20,000 nt of DNA from Albugo candida (Eukaryota). Shown here one piece after another: positions 1 to 9,639 of the stretch; the stretch's first letter is position 1; every line of letters starts with the position of its first letter. The DNA lies in NCBI GenBank assembly GCA_040437565.1, contig JBDOQK010000073.1, positions 117,233-137,232 on the forward strand. Direction: 5' to 3'. Under the pieces are notes generated by a model. The model made no database searches and was not told the DNA's origin. It was given only the letters and a program-made list of their open reading frames with translations. The translations under genes and the position numbers were made by a program.

Positions 1-370
1 ACGATAAGGGGATCAAATACAAGCTAGAAACAACTGAAGCATCAATTTTTACCTCAGTCCCCGTCATATGTCTTTAAGCACACCACCAGAACAACTCCAA
101 GCAGCATGAATCTAACGCGTAGTATCAAACGCAATATTGTGACAATTGTTACAGGCTACTTTACCATCCATGTTGCCACTAGAGCTACTACTACATGATT
201 AGAAAATGGCAGATACTGCTGTCTAAATTGCCACGTTTTGATTCGTCAAATACACGATATCTTTATCCATTGCTAATCAGTTATTTTCAATTCACATGCT
301 CTCATTGGCTGGCTTCCTGCAAATGTATTAATAATTGAGAAGGCAGACAAAAGCTATAAATTGAACCCCT

Positions 371-704
371 ATGGTGACTCCAAAAGTAAGTTGATGACCA
401 TTCATAAAGATGTATCTCTAACACCAATGACTCAATAGCACGGACAAAATGGCAACGTTCGCGTTTGTTGCCGACTAAGACCTTTCAACGCGAAAGAATT
501 CAATCAAAACGAACGCAAATGTGTTCAAACAAGCGAGAATATTGTATACTATAAGGTGCGCTATTCATGCGCGATCAGAATGTATTCAAATTTCTCATAT
601 TTTTCTGTAGAGAGAAGCGGTGTCTCATGAATTTCAGTTTGACCACGTGTTCACCGAACAAGACGACCAGTTAATCGTCTTTGATGCGGTAGCCCGACCC
701 GCTG
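371..704 (+). CDS. Kinesin motor-domain protein, 5' part (exons 371-385, 439-555, 611->704; runs into an N gap)
   Basis: Splicing two phase-0 GT-AG introns gives MVTPK|HGQNGNVRVCCRLRPFNAKEFNQNERKCVQTSENIVYYK|REAVSHEFQFDHVFTEQDDQLIVFDAVARPA. VRVCCRLRP and F-x-FD-x-VF...Q..VFD..A.P are the hallmark N-terminal kinesin motor motifs. The subfamily cannot be assigned. Confidence 0.88.
386..438 (+). other. Spliceosomal intron 1 of the kinesin gene (53 nt)
   Basis: GTAAGT donor, CTAAC branch-like motif at about 418-422, ...CAATAG acceptor. Removing it keeps the frame from ATG 371. Confidence 0.7.
556..610 (+). other. Spliceosomal intron 2 of the kinesin gene (55 nt)
   Basis: AAG|GTGCGC donor, pyrimidine tract and TTTTCTGTAG acceptor. 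Removing it joins two kinesin motif blocks in frame. Confidence 0.85.
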
Positions 705-804
705 NNNNNNNNNNNNNNNNNNNNNNNNNNNNNNNNNNNNNNNNNNNNNNNNNNNNNNNNNNNNNNNNNNNNNNNNNNNNNNNNNNNNNNNNNNNNNNNN
801 NNNN

Positions 805-1358
805 GCGTGAATTGTAGCGAACTTTTTCCGTGGGAGCATGGAGTTGTCTTTGATGAAGTGACGAGGCTGCGTCCCGATGGACCCGTGCCATAATCGAAGG
901 AATACATCACGGAAAGAGGGGGGAAATCTCATGGAGAACAAAATGAGGGTGGCATTATTATAATCAGGACACCTTTCTGCACTCATGTTGGTGCCAAATA
1001 GCATGGAATGGGATCCATAGTCGTATATATGCTGCGTGAATTCAATTTGGGATGCTCTACGAGCCTTTTCTCCTGTTGCAAACCAGCCACATGAGAATGA
1101 ACGTCAGGATAACTTCATTGATTACACTTACATAACTTCCATCGTACCCGGCACGATGGCCTCAGAAATCTGTCCAATTGGAAACGAGGGGCGCGGAGTA
1201 TTTAGAAGCAGCGGCGGAGCGTTGAGGTAATTAATGATATGTATGCGCATCTCGCTACCGACAATGGATGTCTTATCAGCATAACTTGGTGAGTCCTGAT
1301 CAGCTGTGGTCCCGCATACAATTAGATCGGATTTTGTCAGCTTGGCTGTACTCGGTAA
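805..1358 (-). pseudogene. Possible spliced gene fragment or pseudogene of unknown function
   Basis: An open frame at 1358-1148 (LPSTAKLTKSDLIVCG...EAIVP) joins in frame, via a GTACGA...CAACAG intron (1147-1073), to an open frame at 1072-805 (GEKARRASQIEFTQHIYDYGSHSMLFG...FATIH). The upstream sequence has stops and no family is recognised. Confidence 0.25.
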
Positions 1359-3543
1359 TCATCTGTTCATAATTGCTATATTGATTGCAAAACAATTCTT
1401 GGCTGTAGCTTGAAGGGCATCCTTATTTGGAATCGAAGTTCATCCGATCGCCAACTATTCCGCTTTCATCCGAGCTAAGTGCACTGATTCTATAAAAATC
1501 TGAGCCTTTGGGCTTGTGATCCTCTATTCTATTGGTTGCGAGTCACGATAGACGAAACGATCATGCTTGTATTGTGGAACTGATCGGGGGACATCCGCTC
1601 GTTGTGAAATCGAATCGTTCTGATTTATTGGGGTATAAGTCTCATTTCAGCAAACTCAAAACCGAAGTCATGAAGGCGACCCTTTTGTCATCTATCAAAC
1701 TTCTTTCGCTATTTTACTCACTTTTAACCAACTTTATGTAACATTGTCAGCAAACGATCATATGAATGGTGCATGGAGAAATCATCACAGAATTGCACGG
1801 ACGACTACGTCATATGCATCAAGCGCATCAACTACGTTCTAGTCGCACCCAACTAAGTCGATTTTAATCAAGACATTAATACACATTCAAATTTTAAGTT
1901 TGGCGACAACTATTCAAATGCTTCGGATAGAACGCGGCTTGAATGCAATGATGTTTAGGATTTCGAGTAGCTTTTGATTGTTTAAAATGGTTCTTGTCAG
2001 CACCAGATGGTTCAGATGCAAAGAGCTTTTGACCAAATCAGAGTCATGTAATTCGAAAATACAATGTAAGACTTTTACTCAAAGCATAAAAAAATGGTAT
2101 TGAGTCATTGTGACTGTGTTGTAGGAACGCTTCAGAGGCGGAGCAATTGTATCCTATATTCAGCTTTCTTTAGATGGCTTGATATGGCGCATCATTCGGA
2201 CTTTGGATAATCCGTCTATCTCGTGACTTGTAGTAGGAGCACACTGTGTGCATCAGACGCAACATTGACTAGACTAACACGAATGAGGCTTGATCTCCTC
2301 ATTGTCAGCGTGCTATAGTGTGCGATACAGCGGCCATATCTCGCCTAGTAATCACAGCGTCTCGTTCGTCCACTTTCGGGGTTCAGTGGAACATCTTCTG
2401 ATACTGACTTCCACGTGAATGTATTTAATATATATTTTAGCTTGTCACGGAAGCGAGCGGCTGTACAGCAAATATCCTTGAATGGATAAAAGCAGACGTG
2501 TGTCACGAATCAGCGCGTATTTGCGTCAGCAACCACGTGCTGATTTTCCATGACTGGCAATAATGTACAATCTCCATAGTCAACAAGCGGCAAGAATGGG
2601 AAACACATGACTGAAAAGTATTTTACACGTATCCTGCAGGAATTGTATTTTGTACCGCAAAGTCTCATGACTACTGCTAAGGCGATGCGGCTAGCTTGCC
2701 TCGATAGCCAAAATTATGATCGCATGTGCTTCTCGATACATTAAATTCGATTCACATTTGAATAAGTGTGCAATACACAATATCAGTGAATTCCGAACAT
2801 TATGCTGTGCCATTCGCACTTATCGATCACTATCATTTTTGTAACTGTACGCAAAAACGGAAAATGTTCACGTCGGAAACAAGGTCTATAATCTTTCGGA
2901 ACTAAACTATGCTGGCTAAATGAGGTGTCTTTTCTGCGTTTCTGTACTTTAAATGATCTCCTTGCATCGATCCATGATGCATATAGACAAAGTACAGCGT
3001 GGAAGACTATAACAAAAGCATCCTAAACCTGGATTATTGGGACTCAACATGATCGCTGACACAGAAGCCGGGGCAGTACCAAGAGAATGTCCAACCAATC
3101 CTATGCAATATCCAGTGGCTTCAAGGCCATTTTATGCGTTAATATGCTTAGCCTTCTCAGGAGATGAAGCCGCTCAATTTCCAGATATTTGATGGCTTGC
3201 TGGTAAGAATCTCTTGTGGGCATGTATGTACTGAATTATCCTATCAAGATGGGACAATGCCTAGATTGGTAAAAGCTGTCGAATAGATGTTGTCGCTCTT
3301 GATCTTCTCCTAAACAGGAAGAGAATATGCAGCAATGCATCAACTGGACCTATTGCAGAGCTACAAGTAAATCTACGAATTGATAAAGCTTAATACCTTT
3401 TTCATTCCCTACACGGCTTCTTCATTGTTATTTTAAGAACTTCCATACCTTTCCAGACAAAGCTTTTTTGATTAGTCTACTACCTTTGTGTTTGTCATGC
3501 TATACGTATGTATTCGAATATAATTTGCTTGGAATGATTTTTA

Positions 3544-3830
3544 TTACGTTATTCGTCTACTATTGTTCTTATCGAAATCTATAGGCGCTGCATCGTTCAT
3601 GTCCAATAAATTGTCCTTGTCTTCAAATTCAAGAGAGGCTAGGCTATGGTAACAAGCGGTGCTGCGGCATATATGCTTTCACAGTAGCTAGTATCCGCGC
3701 TTACCAGGCTGAATATGATTTTTGCCTAAGCAATGATGAGAAGCTTTAGTCAGATCGCGTTCGTTTGGTTGAAGCTGTCGCAGCTTATGCTCAACGCTCA
3801 ACACACGCTTACAGTTACGTTGATGCTCAC
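3544..3830 (-). pseudogene. Putative terminal exons and introns of a gene related to the adjacent 114-bp repeat
   Basis: Donor-like sites AAG|GTGAGC (3830) and CTG|GTAAGC (3704). A 70-nt segment LQPNERDLTKASHHCLGKNHIQP splices in frame to ASLEFEDKDNLLDMNDAAPIDFDKNNSRRIT* (stop 3546-3544). QPNE-x5-A also occurs in the repeat unit (IQPNELGSVQA). Confidence 0.3.
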
Positions 3831-3864
3831 CTTGGAATGTTGGGAGGCTCAGGTTGGCGGAGTT

Positions 3865-4662
3865 CAAATTGATATACCCTAAGCTGTCGAGTTACTACAC
3901 GTTGGGGATTTGCACTGAATTTGGGCTTACCTGCCAAAGTCAGGAGCTTGAACCGATCCAAGTTCATTGGGTTGGATTGAAATTGATATACCCTAAGATA
4001 TCATGTTACTACGCGCTAGGGATATGCACTGAAGTTGGGCTTACCTGCCAGAGTCAGGAGCTTGAACCGATCCAAGTTCATTGGGTTGGATTGAAATTGA
4101 TATACCCTAAGATATCATGTTACTACGCGCTAGGGATATGCACTGAAGTTGGGCTTACCTGCCAGAGTCAGGAGCTTGAACCGATCCAAGTTCATTGGGT
4201 TGGATTGAAATTGATATACCCTAAGATATCATGTTACTACGCGCTAGGGATATGCACTGAAGTTGGGCTTACCTGCCAGAGTCAGGAGCTTGAACCGATC
4301 CAAGTTCATTGGGTTGGATTGAAATTGATATACCCTAAGATATCATGTTACTACGCGCTAGGGATATGCACTGAAGTTGGGCTTACCTGCCAGAGTCAGG
4401 AGCTTGAACCGATCCAAGTTCATTGGGTTGGATTGAAATTGATATACCCTAAGATATCATGTTACTACGCGCTAGGGATATGCACTGAAGTTGGGCTTAC
4501 CTGCCAGAGTCAGGAGCTTGAACCGATCCAAGTTCATTGGGTTGGATTGAAATTGATATACCCTAAGATATCATGTTACTACGCGCTAGGGATATGCACT
4601 GAAGTTGGGCTTACCTGCCAGAGTCAGGAGCTTGAACCGATCCAAGTTCATTGGGTTGGATT
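3865..4662. repeat. Tandem array, 114-bp unit, at least 7 copies (1 diverged + 6 apparently identical), truncated by a gap
   Basis: Unit GAAATTGATATACCCTAAG...CATTGGGTTGGATT starts at 3865 (diverged), 3979, 4093, 4207, 4321, 4435 and 4549, and ends at the N run at 4663. Confidence 0.97.
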
Positions 4663-4762
4663 NNNNNNNNNNNNNNNNNNNNNNNNNNNNNNNNNNNNNN
4701 NNNNNNNNNNNNNNNNNNNNNNNNNNNNNNNNNNNNNNNNNNNNNNNNNNNNNNNNNNNNNN

Positions 4763-4905
4763 GCAATATCGCGCAAAAGTTTACATGCGGAAATGCCCGA
4801 AACTATTCTTTGACACGGAAAATCAAGCAAAGAAAACGTGCTTGATTTTCCGTGTCAAAGAATAGTTTCGGGCATTTCCGCATGTAAACTTTTGCGCGAT
4901 ATTGC
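4763..4905. repeat. Perfect inverted repeat, 67-bp arms, 9-nt loop, starting at a contig edge (probable fold-back artefact)
   Basis: 4763-4829 is the reverse complement of 4839-4905; loop AAGAAAACG. The left arm begins at the first base after the gap. Confidence 0.9.
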
Positions 4906-5879
4906 TGTAGAAGAGATGGTCGGTGCTGTTTGAGTCGGAGAGGACTCATTCTCTAAATCATTCGAAGCTTTTCCAGCATAAAGGCGCAGAGATACTTCTG
5001 GGTCGTGTACAACTGGAAACCCCCAACAAGAGTTTTATATGGTCTATTGATAGTCCTCATTTTCGACACACCCATTTTGGATTGTCCCTGCTTTGCCGCT
5101 CGCTTTGCTGTAATTGAGCTTTTGTCTATCGGCAAATCCTTTTGTGCGCTAATTTCTCTAGATACTGGGTGAGCTTTGAAACTGATTGAAGTATGGCCTG
5201 AGTTGCGGTGCTCATGACTTCAAATTGTACACTATTGCGACGCAAGCTCGCAGACTCGCATGCTTCAACTGTGTTTCTCACTCTGGTTTACGAAAGTCGT
5301 CTTTGCAAGGCGGTGGCATCGACAAACAATAAGTAGACACAGTACGCTAATGGATCCTGCGACCGAACGATTGCACTGGCCTAATTAAGTAGTGAGTACA
5401 CTTGAAAGCATTGGGATCATATACACCATCGAAGGCGTACTAATGAAGGTGACGCATGGTGGCAGTCGAAATCAAATCTAAAACTGCGGAAGGGGATGCT
5501 ATTCAAATTATGCTTCCCTTTCAACGAGGTCATGCGGCACTAAAGTCGGTAAAGGCATGTTGGCTTCTGGGTGGAGTTATCTTGGTACGTATCGTTTCCC
5601 TGGTTTTATCTTGTAATTGTCCACTACATTCGGTTTGTGGGGCTCTTGAGCTAGACTAGAAAATCGACCTCCTGGCGTATCAATTGAGTGTCTAAGGGAC
5701 ACCGTCAGGTAGGATGATGTTGTACGGCTGGAGTCGACTAACGGATTGAAAGAGGCAACCAGGAATCGGTAACATAATGCCAAGAAATTTCTTGTGCAAC
5801 CAAAGTTTAATGGCGATATGTTCTTGTTATTGCGGAGAACGCTTTAAAAGAGGACAATAGTGAAGTGGGATAAGTAGAT

Positions 5880-8468
5880 ATTATTTTTTTATGTCAAACA
5901 CTATTACCCTTCCTGTAGATAATCAGTAGCTTGTACATTTCGGAAACAGGGCTGTCTCCATTTTCCACAAAATTCAATAGGAGCCATTTATGTGCACGTG
6001 TATTCCACTTCCTCCTTATTCTCGAGAAAGAAACCTATTCGTCGTAAGCTAAAAGCTAGACCATCACGTCCGAGTAGATCATTGGTCGTGAACGTTTTTT
6101 GCAGATTCAAATATCGTGTCAGAAGATTGCTTTGTGACAGACGGCCGAGAGCAATATCACTCAAATTGATGAGAGCATGGAGCTAGCAGTTCATGTTCTT
6201 CGATTAAAGCATTTGTACAATAAAAGACAAGAAACCTTCTTGTATAGCGCAAGGATTACTCCTCAGGCCAGCAACCACGGCTACCAAATCCTGTTACAAC
6301 GAGGTGTTTATATGGATGGACATCATCTGAAAGAAACAAGAATCAGAGCTTGACTTGATCTCAGTCGTCAATTTTGTCCAATTCTTTACTGATCTCATTT
6401 GAATGAAGAGGAGTGTGATATGGTCGAGTGGGTTTTTATAGGATGGTAGCAATTGAAGACCCTAGCGTTTCCTCTGTGGAAAAGAATCTCGAGTTGTATT
6501 ACCTTGAGTAAAAAAAATAGTACAGAGCGAATGCTCCCTCTGTACTATTTTTTTTACTCAAGGTNNNNNNNNNNNNNNNNNNNNNNNNNNNNNNNNNNNN
6601 NNNNNNNNNNNNNNNNNNNNNNNNNNNNNNNNNNNNNNNNNNNNNNNNNNNNNNNNNNNNNNNNCAATTGAAGACCCTAGCGTTTCCTCTGTGGAAAAGA
6701 ATCTCGAGTTGTATTACCTTGAGTAAAAAAAATAGTACAGAGGGAGCATTCGCTCTGCTTTTTGGATTTAGACAGGAGGGCTGCGACTCTATGAATACAT
6801 TCCTAAGATCGTGTCGTTATTTAAAAAATCATTGACGTACCACGTGTGGGTTCCATTGCACTACTGTGCAGACTGCATGACATTATAATTAATACTTTTC
6901 TGATTTCCAGCAGGACGCTTTATATCAGTCATCTTGACATCGTAAAAATGTCACCAAAATTTTTCACTATTGTCTACTTACTGCGCTGTCCGACATTCAT
7001 ACAGACCAAAAGCTCGTATCTGCTCTTACTTGATAGAATCACTCTCTTACACAACATATTTTGTGGAAAAAATCACTCAGAGCAGCTCTAAAATATTTCG
7101 TCCAGCAGGATCACGCACAGAAAAATTATCCTCGGATCTCACTAACGCGATAGTAATTTCTTCTTGAAAATAGTAACAGGGGTATTGCTGCGTTCAGATT
7201 TCCTCTCCATGCGTGAAGGTCACATGTTTGTCGGTGTCGATAAGTACTAGAGAAGCATGCCTAGTAGGCTTTTGTCGCAGGATCCGCACTGAATGCTACA
7301 TGCGGTTATGACGTCGCTATAAACCATTGAATGTTGCCGCTGTAATGCTCCGCCAGTCTGATGCTACATTTTGAAAGCTTCTATCCGTACTAAAGATGCG
7401 GCCTATCATTGTAAAATTACGTCTATACCAATGCGGTTACTTGGTAAATATGATCATCGGCTCTTAAGTTCTAAAGCGGATGTGAAATATGTAGAAGTGA
7501 TTGTCAACGCGTCGGTTGTGAACTGCGAAACCCATCACGTTCTTTGTGTCGATAGTTGCCCCACCAAAAAATATCCCAAGGCATATCTAAAACTTTTCTG
7601 ATGATGTTGTTAAATCTACTATTTTTTTCTTGACACATATAATTGGCCAAAGATCGAAGTGCCACTTCTTCAAGTCTCTGAAGATGTCCACGTTTACATT
7701 GTAATGCCGTATATACGATCAGAAGAGTTAGTTCATCCACGTCGAAATCGTTCACATAACCCATTTTAAGAAACCGTATTCGCGAGGTGAGATAACCATA
7801 GTCTCTGGCTAGACGGAATCCACAAACTTTGGGATAGTGTCCGAGCTCAACGTGTTCAATTTGACACCGTTAGAAAAAGCGCAAATACAATTCCCTAAAG
7901 TTGTCCTTCGCACCAGATACGCCAAAAATATACTCGAACCAATTTGACCTGCGTCAAAGCTTTAGTCGGTGTTTTCGAAAGCAGAATTAGAACACTTTTG
8001 GAAAAGTGGTCCCTTTTGCAAAAGTGGTGTTAAAAATCAACATTCTATATTCTTCATAAAGGCGCGATATATACTTCCAGAGTTCGGTGGCCATCATAAA
8101 AAAAAATACTCAGAGAAACGGGCTGCTTTAATCTACATTATGATGCAGTAAACGGTTGAATACTGTTAACAATCATCAATTATGCCATGTGCCGGTGTGC
8201 TAAGGTGAAATAAATTGATACAACTTTTATTAAGCCCAATACTTCCGAATCGCGAAATATGAGCGTCCAATCGATTCTGCCATAAGCTTTCTCAGAGACC
8301 AAGAAACAATAATGTGCTTCTTCACTATGATGGTCGGTGATGTGTGTTATGCGTATCTTTCATCGTATCTAACGTAACTAGCCGATAAAAGATCTTAATA
8401 CACGCCCTTGACATTTTTTGAATAGTAGGTCAGAGCAGACCCCAAGCAATAGTAGAAGGGGATCTGCT
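5880..8468 (-). mobile_element. Old degenerate L1/Tx1-like LINE, 3' part of ORF2 (RT core to C-terminus)
   Basis: Minus-strand translation through stops and frameshifts gives RT motifs in the expected order: EEAHYCFLVSEKAYGRIDW (~8323-8265; the young copy has EEAYATFLDFEKAYDRVD), LMIVNSIQPFTAS*CRLKQPVSLS (GVRQG.PLS-like), VSGAKDNFRE (SGAK.N), IRFLKMGY (KYLG-like), DIFWWG. Tentative C-terminal C..C/H/C and ILWKM...LF remnants lie at about 6235-5945. The segment below about 7400 is much less certain. Confidence 0.65.
6450..6757. repeat. 78-bp direct duplication across a gap plus a 27-bp fold-back at the contig end (probable assembly artefact)
   Basis: 6450-6527 is identical to 6665-6742. 6501-6527 and 6538-6564 are inverted. 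The loop 6528-6537 (CGAATGCTCC) is the reverse complement of 6743-6752 (GGAGCATTCG). Confidence 0.9.
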
Positions 8469-8487
8469 AGAAGCACAGAGGATATCA
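8469..8487 (+). repeat. 19-bp direct repeat, left copy (AGAAGCACAGAGGATATCA)
   Basis: Identical to 12715-12733; the two copies bracket the Gypsy gag-pol. Confidence 0.92.
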
Positions 8488-8561
8488 AAGTTAACTTTAG
8501 TTGAATACTTTAGTGCGAGTTGTTGAAGGTTTAGAAAATAGCATTTATAGTCGAAGCTAAA

Positions 8562-9600
8562 GTGGTGCCTCAAGTTGACGACATGAGCACCAACGAGAAC
8601 ATGTATGCGGAGCTGGATTTGGTAGCATCCAACTCCGAAGGAAGAAGCCAAAAATGGGCATTTCGAAAGTTAGATCCATCTGGACCCTTCATCGGAGAGC
8701 TGACGGAAGAGCAAGTTCGAAGGATAACGGGGGACTGTGAGATGATGGATGTTTCCTGAGAAGACCGAATTGCCAACGCGCCACAACTCCCCATACACCC
8801 GATGCACAAAGGGGAGACGTCGAAAGAAAAAAGGGAGTTTAAGAAGAAATACCAGGATTATTATAACACGCTGCTGGCGTACGAAACTTGCCAGAATAAA
8901 CCAATCGTCATGGCGGTATAAGCTTGCGTGGAGGTATGGACAAAAGAGCAAATCCTGAAGTCTGAGATGGATAAATCTTCATTGGAAGTAACGGAGCAAG
9001 ATTGATAAATTACTTTCGGGAAGCAGGAGAGCCGGATCACGTGGATTTGGCAAAGATTGATGCAGAAATGTGCAAGCTAAAGATGGATTTTACTTTGACC
9101 GATGCAAGCTTACGAATTTCTCGTCTAAGAAACCAGAAATATCGGGTATTGGATCAGCACGATCTGCAGGATTATGTGGACCATGCGGATCCAAAAAGAA
9201 TTGTTCAGTGGATAGTGATGCGTTGGAGCCGCCAACTTTCAAACGAAATATCGTGGAAGAGTTGGGAATGGACGTTCACAAGACAAAGAAGAAGAATCCC
9301 GTAGTCTTTTGCAAATGGTGCCAAGATTCATTGAAGAGCTTTATGGAGTGGGAACCAGTATCAACATCAACCAGCATGTCGCACAGAGTTGAGGTTAAAG
9401 AAGCTAAGACGACCAAGTTGGTACAACGCGAGAATTATAAGGAAAGTAAAGACGAGGAGTCTCTGTGAACAGGTTCAAAGAGAGAACAGAGTTTCAAGTG
9501 TTTGAAGTGCGATTGTACGGAACATTCCGTTCGAAACTGTCCGTCATGTGCACCAGGAGAGGCTGACAGATTGCTGAAATATAGGAGATCTGAATCAGAA
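8562..9600 (+). pseudogene. gag: Gypsy gag (frameshifted)
   Basis: Fragmented ORFs 8562-8759, 9002-9304 and 9070-9468 leading to the CCHC zinc knuckle, directly upstream of protease. Confidence 0.75.
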
Positions 9601-9639
9601 AGGAAAGTGAAAAAATTAGTGGCGCGCTGTAGCAGTGGA

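Noticed and set aside
3865-4662. CRISPR array
   Set aside because: The units are identical end to end with no variable spacers, there are no cas genes, and the context is eukaryotic.
3911-4662. U1 snRNA-like array (CTTACCTGCCAG and TGCACT in each unit)
   Set aside because: The motif spacing (about 99 nt) and unit length do not fit U1 and no Sm site is evident. CTTACCTG is better explained as the complement of a splice donor.
3854-4813. 319-aa plus-strand repeat protein (38-aa unit)
   Set aside because: It starts at TTG and has no recognisable domain. A 114-bp unit is quite likely to have one stop-free frame out of six by chance, and the ORF runs through Ns.
4763-4905. MITE or foldback transposon
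   Set aside because: There is essentially no internal sequence, no target duplication can be assessed, and it starts exactly at a contig edge like the second fold-back at 6501-6564.
4906-5280. Minus-strand gene upstream of the 114-bp array
   Set aside because: There are several short open frames but no consistent splice model or recognisable domain.
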